Source of the DNA: Escherichia coli 042
GTDB taxonomy: Bacteria > Pseudomonadota > Gammaproteobacteria > Enterobacterales > Enterobacteriaceae
NCBI RefSeq assembly: GCF_000027125.1
Contig: NC_017626.1
Strand: one strand, 5' to 3'
Length of the DNA stretch: 64,000 nucleotides
Shown here: positions 44,111 to 55,690 of the stretch, in pieces
How positions within the stretch are numbered: the first letter of the stretch is position 1
Layout of the letters: the number at the start of each line of letters is the position of its first letter
Program-made: the position numbers and the translations under genes
The notes under the pieces: model-generated
What the model was told of the DNA's origin: nothing
The model's database searches: none
What the model saw: the letters and a program-made list of their open reading frames with translations, nothing else

Positions 44111-45034
44111 TTATTCGTTTAAGGTTAAAAATTCATTAAATTGTTCAATACTCGGATAAGATGATTGCGTACCTTTCCCTGTGACGCTGAAAGCGGCAAA
44201 GAGAGCGGCTTTTTTCAAAGCGGCTTCAACATCACCGCTTTGAACATAATAATGGGAAAAGCAACCAATAAATGCGTCACCAGCGCCACTAGTATCAACA
44301 GCATTTACTTTGAATGCAGGAACATGGACTTCCTGATCGCGGGTCATCCATAATGCGCCTTTTTCGCTCATGGTAACAATAATATTGTTCAGCCCTTTAT
44401 CAACTAACGAACGTGCGGCCAAACGAATATGATCATAAGTATCAACCGACATACCGGTTAATATTTCCAGTTCTGTTTCATTCGGGATAAAGAAATCACA
44501 TTTGCAGGCATAAGACATATCTAACTCACGCAATGCCGGAGCCGGATTTAATAACACTTCAATACCATTTTTCTTACCAAACTCAATCGCGTGGTAAACT
44601 GTTTCCAGTTGAACTTCCAGTTGTAAAACGATCAATTTGCATTTTTTCAGATCTTCTGCAGCTCGATCGATATCTTCCGGGGAAAGAAATTTATTCGCTC
44701 CCTTAATTATTAATATACTATTGCTCGAGTTGGCATTAACAAAGATCGGTGCAACACCACTGCTGGTACAGGGGACCTTCTCAACATAAGTGGTATTAAT
44801 TCCCCATGATTCAAGATTACGAATAGTATTATCCGCAAAAATATCATCACCTACTTTAGTCAGCATCAGGACTTTTGAATTCAATTTAGCCGCCGCCACC
44901 GCTTGATTAGCACCTTTCCCACCACATCCGATTTTGAAGGCAGGTGCTTCCAGAGTTTCTCCTTCTTTAGGCATCTGATTAGTGTAAGTAATGAGATCCA
45001 CCATATTGGAACCAATAACTGCAATGTCCATTTC
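44111..45034 (-). CDS. deoK: Deoxyribokinase (PfkB/ribokinase family)
   Basis: Internal Met of track ORF 44111..45058 gives MDIAVIGSNMVDLITYTNQMPKEGETL... The PfkB motifs GGKGANQAV and DTSGAGDAF are present. Confidence 0.8.
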   Translation of the reverse strand, partial: EMDIAVIGSNMVDLITYTNQMPKEGETLEAPAFKIGCGGKGANQAVAAAKLNSKVLMLTKVGDDIFADNTIRNLESWGINTTYVEKVPCTSSGVAPIFVNANSSNSILIIKGANKFLSPEDIDRAAEDLKKCKLIVLQLEVQLETVYHAIEFGKKNGIEVLLNPAPALRELDMSYACKCDFFIPNETELEILTGMSVDTYDHIRLAARSLVDKGLNNIIVTMSEKGALWMTRDQEVHVPAFKVNAVDTSGAGDAFIGCFSHYYVQSGDVEAALKKAALFAAFSVTGKGTQSSYPSIEQFNEFLTLNE

Positions 45035-45336
45035 ACTACCTCTTATAAACTTTCGCATAACAATGGTATTTAAATAACATTAGCATGTTACTTTTGCATC
45101 ATTTGTGACTGAGATCGCGATTAGCACATCAACCCGATGTTTATTTAATAGACTTCCAGTCTCATCACTCAGGCCAACACTATCTAATCATAAGCAACCT
45201 AACAAGATTAGTGCCCAAAACTCAGCAGCCTATACCCTTTTCATTTCAAAGGGGCGGTCGTATAGTATGGTAATGAAAACAATGTTTACTAACGCCAAAA
45301 TGTTATTTTTATAACATTCTTACGGAGAGAGAGTTG

Positions 45337-46119
45337 ATGGAAACGAAGCAAAAAGAGCGTATCCGACGTTTGATGGAACTGCTTAAGAAAACCGACAGAA
45401 TCCATTTGAAAGACGCAGCGCGAATGCTGGAAGTTTCTGTAATGACTATTCGTCGCGATCTCCATCAGGAAGATGAACCTCTGCCACTGACCCTACTGGG
45501 TGGCTATATTGTAATGGTGAATAAACCCGCGCCATCCATGCCAGTAATCCATGACGTTCCAAAAAATCATCGTGATGACTTACCTATTGCAATTCTGGCT
45601 GCCGGAATGGTTAATGAAAATGATCTGATCTTCTTTGATAATGGCCAGGAGATACCACTCGTTATAAGCATGATCCCGGATGCAATCACCTTCACCGGCA
45701 TCTGTTACTCACATCGCGTCTTTGTTGCGTTGAATGAAAAGCCTAATGTAACAGCAATACTTTGTGGTGGTACGTATCGTGCCAGAAGTGATGCTTTTTA
45801 CGATGCCAGTAACTCTTCGCCATTAGACTCTCTCAATCCGCGAAAAATATTTATTTCCGCCAGCGGTGTGCATAATCACTTTGGCGTCAGCTGGTTTAAC
45901 CCTGAAGATCTTGCCACTAAGCGTAAAGCGATGAACCGTGGACTACGGAAAATTTTGCTCGCCCGCCACGCGTTGTTCGATGAAGTGGCCTCTGCCAGCC
46001 TCGCACCGATCTCTGCATTTGACGTTCTGATTAGCGATCGTCCGTTACCGGCAGATTATGTTACGCACTGCCAGAATGGTTCTGTAAAGATCATTACACC
46101 TGATTCAGAAGACGAATGA
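45337..46119 (+). CDS. deoQ: DeoR-family repressor
   Basis: ATG at 45337 (the track starts at a TTG at 45334). The HTH is LKDAARMLEVSVMTIRRDL. The gene is divergent from deoK. Confidence 0.8.
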   Translation: METKQKERIRRLMELLKKTDRIHLKDAARMLEVSVMTIRRDLHQEDEPLPLTLLGGYIVMVNKPAPSMPVIHDVPKNHRDDLPIAILAAGMVNENDLIFFDNGQEIPLVISMIPDAITFTGICYSHRVFVALNEKPNVTAILCGGTYRARSDAFYDASNSSPLDSLNPRKIFISASGVHNHFGVSWFNPEDLATKRKAMNRGLRKILLARHALFDEVASASLAPISAFDVLISDRPLPADYVTHCQNGSVKIITPDSEDE

Positions 46120-46120
46120 C

Positions 46121-46403
46121 TTACTGAAAAAACACCACAATCTTGTTAAACATCGTCGGGTTGGACTGATTACGTTGCACTTTCACCACATATTCCAGCT
46201 TATCTATTTGGCTTATCACCTACTCCAGACGCTGGCCATCCTTGACCAGTAGCCAGATATGGCTTTTGTCGCAGTCCTGAATCGGCAGGCAGAGAATGTC
46301 TTCAACGTTAAGAGCGCGACGGGCAAAAGCCCACAAAGGTGAGTCATTACACCCGGATGGTAAACAGGCACTTCCTTGTTGTAGAAGCCGTTATATTGTC
46401 CAT
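46121..46403 (-). pseudogene. Acetolactate synthase small subunit (IlvN-like) pseudogene
   Basis: My translation gives [78 protein letters not shown]. It has an in-frame TAG at 46220-46222 and a frameshift near 46357. The 283-nt span is not a multiple of 3. Confidence 0.75.
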
Positions 46404-46992
46404 AATGTCTGGGTTTTTAATGCATACTGGGTAACAACCGGACGAATCTTCGAATATCACTGGCGCTGCCAGCCGGTTTGAATTCATCTCACAACCCTGC
46501 ATAGAGCGAATCTCCTGCCTGCACGTCACTCCACTCCATGGTATCAACTTCACACTCTTTATCTGCGGCTAGCTTCAGCCACCAGATAAGCATCGACTAT
46601 GAAAGATGAGCCATGACAACATAACGTTGGTAACGCTCTGACGCCTTAATGGAAGATGCCTGCCACCATAGGGAATGTAAACGACTGAAGTGTGGCCTTT
46701 AATGCCGTGAACGGCTCATGGTCTCCTGGCACGGTTGCCGCCCCAACCTGTAACAACATTCCACAGTACAATGTCTGTCAGAGTCAGAGCCTCCCATGCT
46801 TGTTGTAGTAACTCTACCAGTTACGAACATCCTTCCTCAAAATTGTTGTCATATCTCGCATGGAAGAAAAGATCCTGGCTAAGGAGCAACACACAACGTA
46901 TTGCGGAACTTGCATATTTTTCCTGTAACTAGTGTATTACCACATATGGTAATAGCTACCTGTGTGGTTTCGCTGGATAGCAAGGGGATTTA
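46404..46992 (-). pseudogene. Heavily decayed ThDP-enzyme (IlvB-like large subunit) 3' remnant, truncated by IS2
   Basis: Minus-strand frames give only weak ThDP-enzyme C-terminal-like stretches with several stops. The call rests mainly on its position directly upstream of the ilvN-like remnant. Confidence 0.35.
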
Positions 46993-47083
46993 TAGACTGG
47001 CCCCCTGAATCTCCAGACAACCAATATCACTTAAATAAGTGATAGTCTTAATACTAGTTTTTAGACTAGTCATTGGAGAGCAG

Positions 47084-47449
47084 ATGATTGATGTCTTAGG
47101 ACCGGAGAAACGCAGACGGCGTACTACACAGGAAAAGATCGCTATTGTTCAGCAGAGTTTTGAACCGGGAATGACGGTCTCCCTTGTTGCCCGGCAACAC
47201 GGTGTGGCAGCCAGCCAGTTATTTCTCTGGCGCAAGCAATACCAGGAGGGAAGTCTTACTGCTGTGGCCGCAGGAGAGCAGGTCGTTCCTGCCTCTGAAC
47301 TTGCTGCTGCCATGAAGCAGATTAAAGAACTCCAGCGCCTGCTCGGCAAAAAAACGATGGAAAATGAACTCCTTAAAGAAGCCGTTGAATACGGGCGTGC
47401 AAAAAAGTGGATAGCGCACGCGCCCTTATTGCCCGGGGATGGGGAGTAA
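47084..47449 (+). CDS. insC: IS2 OrfA (InsC)
   Basis: [53 protein letters not shown]... (121 aa from the ATG at 47084). Confidence 0.9.
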
Positions 47450-48381
47450 GCTTAGTCAGCCGTTGTCTCCGGGTGTCGCGTGCGCAGTTGCACGTAATTC
47501 TCAGACGAACCGATGACTGGAAAGATGGTCGCCGCAGCCGTCACTCAGATGATACGGATGTGCTTCTCCGTATACACCATGTTATCGGAGAGCTGCCCAC
47601 GTATGGTTATCGTCGGGTATGGGCGCTGCTTCGCAGACAGGCCGAACTTGATGGTATGCCTGCGATCAATGCCAAACGTGTTTACCGGATCATGCGACAG
47701 AATGCGCTGTTGCTTGAGCGAAAAACCGCTGTACCGCCATCGAAACGGGCACATACTGGCAAAGTGGCCGTGAAAGAAAGCAATCAACGATGGTGCTCTG
47801 ACGGGTTCGAGTTCCGCTGTGATAACGGAGAAAAACTGCGAGTCACGTTCGCGCTGGACTGCTGTGACCGTGAGGCACTGCACTGGGCAGTCACTACGGG
47901 CGGCTTCGACAGTGAAACAGTACAGGACGTCATGCTGGGAGCGGTGGAACGCCGCTTCGGCAACGAGCTTCCGGCGTCTCCAGTAGAGTGGCTGACGGAT
48001 AATGGTTCATGCTACCGGGCTAATGAAACACGGCAGTTTGCCCGGATGTTGGGGCTTGAACCGAAGAACACGGCGGTGCGGAGTCCGGAGAGTAACGGCA
48101 TAGCAGAGAGCTTCGTGAAAACGATAAAGCGTGACTACATCAGTATCATGCCTAAACCAGACGGGTTAACGGCAGCAAAGAACCTTGCAGAGGCGTTCGA
48201 GCATTATAACGAATGGCATCCGCATAGTGCACTGGGTTATCGCTCGCCACGGGAATATCTGCGGCAGCAGGCCAGTAATGGGTTAAGTGATAACAGGTGT
48301 CTGGAAATATGTAAGCGTAAACTGACCGCCGTATGTAGCCATCAGACGAGAATTGGTAACTTAGACGCCCATCTGATATAG
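47407..48381 (+). CDS. insD: IS2 OrfB (InsD, DDE transposase frame) with an altered C-terminus
   Basis: DDE integrase-like frame. The native stop inside the right IR (...CTGGAAATATAG) is removed by the IS66 insertion, so the frame reads 23 extra codons ([23 protein letters not shown]) into the inserted element. Confidence 0.8.
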
Positions 48382-48395
48382 ACGGACATCTAAGT

Positions 48396-48821
48396 ATGGA
48401 ATTACAGGACTGGCGAAAAGAACCTCGTAAAAACTATTCGAATGAATTCAAACTTCGTATGGTGGAACTGGCATCACAACCTGGAGCTTGTGTTGCACAG
48501 ATTGCACGTGAAAATGGCGTCAATGATAATGTTATTTTCAAATGGCTCAGGCTCTGGCAGAACGAAGGGCGTGTTTCGCGGCGTCTTCCGGTAACGACCT
48601 CTTCTGACACTGGCGTTGAATTATTACCTGTAGAAATAACGCCGGATGAGCAGAAAGAACCTGTGGCGGCCATTGCGCCGTCTTTATCCACTTCCACTCA
48701 GACCAGAGTCAGTGCCAGTTCCTGCAAGGTGGAATTCCGTCACGGTAACATGACGCTGGAAAATCCATCGCCAGAGCTGCTCACGGTGTTGATCCGTGAA
48801 CTGACCGGGAGGGGAAGATGA
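48396..48821 (+). CDS. IS66-family accessory protein TnpA (orfA)
   Basis: 141-aa ORF with an HTH-type N-terminus. Its stop overlaps the orfB start (ATGA). Confidence 0.85.
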   Translation: MELQDWRKEPRKNYSNEFKLRMVELASQPGACVAQIARENGVNDNVIFKWLRLWQNEGRVSRRLPVTTSSDTGVELLPVEITPDEQKEPVAAIAPSLSTSTQTRVSASSCKVEFRHGNMTLENPSPELLTVLIRELTGRGR

Positions 48822-49168
48822 TCTCACTCCCATCAGGTACCCGTATCTGGCTCGTTGCCGGCGTTACCGATATGCGTAAATCCTTCAACGGACTGGGAGA
48901 ACAGGTACAACATGTGCTGAATGATAATCCCTTCTCCGGTCACCTGTTTATCTTCCGTGGCCGACGGGGTGACACCGTCAAAATTCTTTGGGCTGATGCT
49001 GATGGTCTGTGCCTGTTCACCAAACGCCTGGAGGAAGGCCAGTTTATCTGGCCTGCGGTACGTGACGGCAAGGTATCCATTACCCGCTCGCAACTGGCAA
49101 TGCTCCTCGATAAGCTGGACTGGCGTCAGCCAAAAACATCCAGCCGTAACTCACTGACAATGTTGTAA
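48818..49168 (+). CDS. IS66-family TnpB (orfB)
   Basis: 116-aa ORF MISLPSGTRIWLVAGVTDMRKSFNGL..., typical of IS66 orf2. Confidence 0.85.
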   Translation: MISLPSGTRIWLVAGVTDMRKSFNGLGEQVQHVLNDNPFSGHLFIFRGRRGDTVKILWADADGLCLFTKRLEEGQFIWPAVRDGKVSITRSQLAMLLDKLDWRQPKTSSRNSLTML

Positions 49169-49198
49169 AAAACTCCTGACCGCATTATAAAAACGGTC

Positions 49199-50812
49199 AT
49201 GAGTCAGAAATACCTCATTCGCATCGCAGAGCTGGAAAGGTTGCTCTCTGAGCAGGCTGAAGCCCTCCGTCAGAAAGACCAGCAACTGAGTCTGGTTGAA
49301 GAGACGGAAGCCTTCCTGCGCTCTGCACTGACACGTGCCGAAGAAAAGATCGAAGAAGATGAACGGGAAATAGAACATCTGCGGGCTCAGATAGAAAAAC
49401 TGCGCCGGATGCTGTTCGGTACCCGTTCTGAAAAACTGCGTCGTGAAGTTGAACTGGCTGAGGCTCTGCTGAAACAACGTGAACAGGACAGCGATCGTTA
49501 CAGTGGGCGGGAAGACGATCCTCAGGTTCCCCGCCAGTTGCGACAGTCGCGCCATCGTCGTCCGTTACCGGCACACCTTCCCCGTGAAATACACCGCCTG
49601 GAGCCAGAAGAAAGCTGTTGCCCGGAGTGTGGCGGTGAGCTGGATTATCTGGGGGAAGTCAGCGCTGAACAGCTGGAACTGGTGAGCAGTGCCCTGAAAG
49701 TGATCCGCACAGAACGGGTAAAAAAAGCCTGTACAAAATGTGACTGTATTGTTGAAGCACCGGCGCCGTCCCGCCCGATAGAGCGTGGTATCGCGGGCCC
49801 CGGATTACTTGCCCGCGTGTTAACGGGAAAATACTGCGAACATCTGCCACTGTATCGTCAGAGTGAAATCTTTGCCCGCCAGGGTGTCGAACTGAGCCGG
49901 GCCTTACTCTCCAACTGGGTTGACGCGTGCTGCCAGTTAATGACACCGGTGAATGATGCCCTGTACCGTTATGTAATGAACACCCGCAAGGTTCACACTG
50001 ATGACACACCGGTAAAGGTACTGGCACCGGGTCAGAAAAAGGCGAAAACAGGGCGTATCTGGACGTATGTCCGGGATGATCGCAATGTGGGTTCGTCATC
50101 TCCTCCAGCGGTCTGGTTCGCGTACTCGCCGAACCGGCAGGGGAAACACCCGGAGCAACACCTCCGCCCCTTCCGGGGTATCCTGCAGGCGGATGCGTTC
50201 ACAGGTTACGACAGGTTGTTCAGTGCAGAACGTGAAGGTGGTGCACTGACAGAAGTTGCGTGCTGGGCCCATGCCCGGCGAAAAATCCACGATGTATACA
50301 TCAGCAGCAAAAGTGCGACGGCAGAAGAAGCCCTGAAGCGAATCAGTGAACTGTACGCCATCGAGGATGAAATACGGGGATTACCGGAGTCAGAGCGTCT
50401 TGCCGTCAGGCAGCAGCGAAGCAAAGTGTTACTGACGTCGCTGCATGAATGGATGGTGGAGAAGAATGGTACGCTGTCGAAAAAATCCAGACTGGGCGAA
50501 GCGTTCAGCTATGTACTGAATCAGTGGGATGCCCTCTGTTATTACAGTGATGACGGTCTGGCGGAGGCGGATAATAATGCTGCGGAAAGAGCGCTTCGTG
50601 CAGTCTGTCTCGGAAAGAAAAACTTTATGTTCTTTGGCAGCGATCACGGCGGCGAGCGTGGAGCACTGTTGTACGGGCTGATCGGCACCTGCCGTCTGAA
50701 CGGTATCGATCCGGAAGCGTATCTGCGCCATATCCTGAGCGTACTGCCGGAATGGCCTTCCAACCGAGTTGATGAACTCCTGCCATGGAACGTAGTACTC
50801 ACCAATAAATAA
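49199..50812 (+). CDS. IS66-family DDE transposase TnpC (orfC)
   Basis: 537-aa ORF with an N-terminal coiled-coil/leucine zipper and the CPECGGEL zinc-finger motif. Confidence 0.88.
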   Translation: MSQKYLIRIAELERLLSEQAEALRQKDQQLSLVEETEAFLRSALTRAEEKIEEDEREIEHLRAQIEKLRRMLFGTRSEKLRREVELAEALLKQREQDSDRYSGREDDPQVPRQLRQSRHRRPLPAHLPREIHRLEPEESCCPECGGELDYLGEVSAEQLELVSSALKVIRTERVKKACTKCDCIVEAPAPSRPIERGIAGPGLLARVLTGKYCEHLPLYRQSEIFARQGVELSRALLSNWVDACCQLMTPVNDALYRYVMNTRKVHTDDTPVKVLAPGQKKAKTGRIWTYVRDDRNVGSSSPPAVWFAYSPNRQGKHPEQHLRPFRGILQADAFTGYDRLFSAEREGGALTEVACWAHARRKIHDVYISSKSATAEEALKRISELYAIEDEIRGLPESERLAVRQQRSKVLLTSLHEWMVEKNGTLSKKSRLGEAFSYVLNQWDALCYYSDDGLAEADNNAAERALRAVCLGKKNFMFFGSDHGGERGALLYGLIGTCRLNGIDPEAYLRHILSVLPEWPSNRVDELLPWNVVLTNK

Positions 50813-51089
50813 GCGTCAATACGGTGCTCCGTTGACGCTTACGGAAATATAGGGGCAAATCCAATTTATTCGCAAGTAAAATGCCTGATAAAATACACGA
50901 ATCTAGTAATCATCAATATTTACTCTGGTCGAATGACGCGTGAAGTGGACGGCCAACAGACGCAGTCAGTGATCTACAGCCTGTTGAATAAAACCCCGGA
51001 TGCTTCCCCCGATTCTGCAAGTAATACTTCGGTTATTTGCACTATTTTATCCCTGTTGAATTTGGTTAAGCCGGTGCAGACGTGCCGGG

Positions 51090-51445
51090 AAACGCACACC
51101 TGAACCGGCACAATAAAATACAATACAACCCCCTGTTACTGGAGAAATGCCTGCGCCGGGGTCCGATATGGCGGTATTGTTGCAGCCTGCGGCATGGCTC
51201 AGGGGATGGATTTGATGGGCAATATGGCTCCGTTTATTCTGCGTGGTGTCACGCTGAAAGGGATTGATAGCGTCATGTTCGCGAAAGAGAAAAGAGCAGC
51301 AATCTGGCAACAGGCGATATAGTATTTGCCAGAGTCCAGAATGGATAGTCTCACTACCGTTTATCCGCTCAGTGACGCCATCACTGTGGCTGAAAAACTT
51401 CTGAGTGGCGGAATTCGCGGTCGTGCAGTCATTCAATATAGCTAA
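51090..51445 (+). pseudogene. C-terminal fragment of a YhdH/AcuI-like MDR-family oxidoreductase
   Basis: My translation gives [58 protein letters not shown]...GGIRGRAVIQYS*. It has an internal stop and an upstream frameshift, and the N-terminal ~200 codons are missing. Confidence 0.6.
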
Positions 51446-51502
51446 TTAGATGGATGCCGAGCTCAGGCTTAGTATAATAAGTTTTAGGGGCTGCGGCCCC
51501 TT

Positions 51503-51962
51503 TTACTGGCTAGTTGTTGCTTCCTGAGAAGACTGATAGCGTACCGAGGTTTTGAAATAGCTCCAGAAGTCGTACACTGGCTCAGTAGAACAATATAGTT
51601 TGGAACGCATTACCGCACCTTCCCAGCCACTCCAGAAAATAGCCGCCAGTTGTGTATTATTCATATTTGAACTTATTTCGCCTGAAGATAACGCGTCGGA
51701 CAGGCAGGCCGCAACAAGTGCCTGCCAGCTCTCAAGAATATTCTGTAGTACTTTAATGAAGGATTGGGGAAGCCCCGGACTCTCCTGCATCATATTTCCA
51801 ACCAGGCAGCCGCGGGTAAAATTGTATTTTTTAATCCCCTCACAGGCATCATTGATGAAATTTTCCAGACGTACCATTGGTGTGCAGGATGATTCATGTA
51901 GATGTTTTTTGAGGTTATGCTCGAAGAAACTGTCATAGGCGTTCAGAACGGTCTGAGCATAA
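51503..51962 (-). pseudogene. TetR-family regulator, C-terminal part (split by IS100)
   Basis: Track ORF 51503..51877 is the ligand-binding half. The frame stays open up to the IS100 junction. Confidence 0.75.
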
Positions 51963-53916
<1,954 letters not shown>

Positions 53917-54119
53917 GCATAATCCTCTTTACTCTTAAAGTAGTAATAAAATGAGCCTTTAGGGACATTGGCATTTTTAACAATGGCATCGACTCCCGTC
54001 GCAAGAAAACCATTCTGCGTCAGCAGTTCAAGGCCACTGCGGATCAGATCATTACGAGTATCTGCATAGGTACTTTCTGTCTTTCGCGGCCTTCCCCGGC
54101 CACGATTTTCGCCTGTCAT
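53917..54119 (-). pseudogene. TetR-family regulator, N-terminal HTH part (split by IS100)
   Basis: MTGENRGRGRPRKTESTYADTRNDLIRSGLELLTQNGFLATGVDAIVKNANVPKGSFYYYFKSKEDYA. The frame then runs into IS100. Confidence 0.75.
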
Positions 54120-54257
54120 GACCCATCTCCTACATTTTATTAACGCAAAAGAATAAGTGATTTTGCGCGAGAGCATCAATCAGTTTATCCCCGCAGTGGC
54201 AAAGTGTTCGCTTTTGCAGTGCCTGTCTCTACTGCGCCATCGCTGAACAGTGCAGAA

Positions 54258-55643
54258 TTAGCAACGTTTGCTTTTGGCACAAAGCATACGCCCATTCTCA
54301 CGCGAATGCTTTGCCCTTGACTTGCCAACAACCGAATTGCTTGCTCTGCAGCTATGTTTTTTATTAGAATATTCGCCACTAAATAAATTATAATAAGTTG
54401 ATTTTATTAGATATCTATCAGAATCTATATGGTCAGCACGAGTTGCATGCTCTAATGTTTCAAATGCCAGGGTATGTGCGGCTTCAGCAAATATCTCAGG
54501 CCAACCTTTACTCAGCATCGACAGTCCTTTAAGGACTCTTATCTGAATCTCCCTCATACTGGCACCATCGCGCGCGACAGGTGAGAAAAAGTCTTCCAGT
54601 AGATCGTTATTCTGAAGTGGTGCAACATGTACTGAAGGATATTTCACTTCTATTTCATCAGATTTATTCTGCGCGTAAGTGGAAAGTATACGAACACCTC
54701 TGCCAATGACATCAATGGCGGTTCCAGGATCGTTCACTGCAGGGGAAAGGGCCCGGCAGGCTATTTCGGCCATGACGCTAAGACAAAATCGAGGATCCTG
54801 AGCAAATGAACGTGCATCCGAGACAATAATCGTCTCAAGTAAATCGGTGTTGATTGACGACTCCTGGCCCTGACTCAGGTACAAAACTGGCATGGACGGA
54901 TGTATGAAACTGCCTGGCTGCGCCACGAGGTATACATGACGGGGATCATTGGTCAGCAGCTTGCTAAGTTTCACCATATCAATATATTCAACATAGCCAA
55001 TCTTCTTCGGATAAACTGCAACCGTTCCTTTCGGCTGTTCATTGTTCTCAAGCCATGGATATCCGCCGAGACAGGGATTTCTTGCTCTCGCAATAAATGT
55101 TTCGATGGCCGCCTGTTCTACTTGTGCCGTTGTCTCACCAACCCTCCCCAGAGAGGTCAAATGCTGTATCCAGCGAAGCAATGTGATGAGGATTAAGGCA
55201 ATGACAACCAGTGTGACAATGAATAAAATGACTCTCCCCCTTTCTCCATAAGCTCCCATATTGAGGGCAATAATCCCTACCAGACTGAAGAGAAAAGAAC
55301 CGATGAAGGTGGCCAGTACATTTTGTGTGGTGACGTCTTCAACAACTAAACGCGTAGCTCTGGGAGTCACATTAGTAGTGGCTGAACCGTAGGCTGTGAC
55401 CATGATACTCAGCGAAAATGTGGTCACTGCCAGCATACTCGATGCCAGTATGTTCAGAATGTTATCGACTGCTTCCGCACCAACCTTCACGGAAACCGAC
55501 TCAGGTATCATTGATTTAAAAAGAATTGATAAAAGGGCCGTTATTATCGCGACAATTGCGAATAACGTTGCCCTGAACCATAGTTTTTTAATTGTCTGCT
55601 TCAGCATCCATTTCCAGCGTGAAATCATTCTGCATTCCCTCAT
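54258..55643 (-). CDS. DUF2254-family membrane protein
   Basis: 461-aa ORF (alternative Met at 55628, MISRWKW...). It has four N-terminal TM helices followed by a soluble domain. The family assignment is from memory of the DUF2254 pattern. Confidence 0.6.
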   Translation of the reverse strand: MRECRMISRWKWMLKQTIKKLWFRATLFAIVAIITALLSILFKSMIPESVSVKVGAEAVDNILNILASSMLAVTTFSLSIMVTAYGSATTNVTPRATRLVVEDVTTQNVLATFIGSFLFSLVGIIALNMGAYGERGRVILFIVTLVVIALILITLLRWIQHLTSLGRVGETTAQVEQAAIETFIARARNPCLGGYPWLENNEQPKGTVAVYPKKIGYVEYIDMVKLSKLLTNDPRHVYLVAQPGSFIHPSMPVLYLSQGQESSINTDLLETIIVSDARSFAQDPRFCLSVMAEIACRALSPAVNDPGTAIDVIGRGVRILSTYAQNKSDEIEVKYPSVHVAPLQNNDLLEDFFSPVARDGASMREIQIRVLKGLSMLSKGWPEIFAEAAHTLAFETLEHATRADHIDSDRYLIKSTYYNLFSGEYSNKKHSCRASNSVVGKSRAKHSRENGRMLCAKSKRC

Positions 55644-55690
55644 ATTGCGGCCGGGATAATAATTGCCGCCCCCAGGACGGCATGTTGCTA

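Larger units (their letters stand above)
48311..50842 (+). mobile_element. IS66-family element (three-ORF type), 2532 bp
   Basis: Imperfect IRs are GTAAGCGTAAACTGACCGCCGTAT... and ...ATACGGTGCTCCGTTGACGCTTAC. The 8-bp TSD is GGAAATAT (48303-48310 and 50843-50850). Confidence 0.9.
46993..50863 (+). mobile_element. IS2 (IS3 family), carrying a nested IS66-family element
   Basis: IRL is TAGACTGGCCCCCTGAATCTCCAGACAACC at 46993 and the right end ...ATAGGGGCAAATCCA finishes at 50863. The IS2 parts (46993-48310 plus 50851-50863) sum to 1331 bp. The 5-bp TSD is ATTTA (46988-46992 and 50864-50868). Confidence 0.9.

Noticed and set aside
51047-51436. 129-aa minus-strand ORF and 61-aa plus-strand ORF (51082-51267) in the region after IS2
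   Set aside because: A different plus-strand frame gives a clear YhdH/AcuI-like C-terminal fragment with a stop and a frameshift. The listed ORFs are out-of-frame or antisense by-products of that pseudogene.
54185-54379. 64-aa minus-strand ORF between the TetR 5' end and the DUF2254 gene
   Set aside because: It overlaps the 3' end of the 461-aa ORF in another frame and has no motif or RBS.
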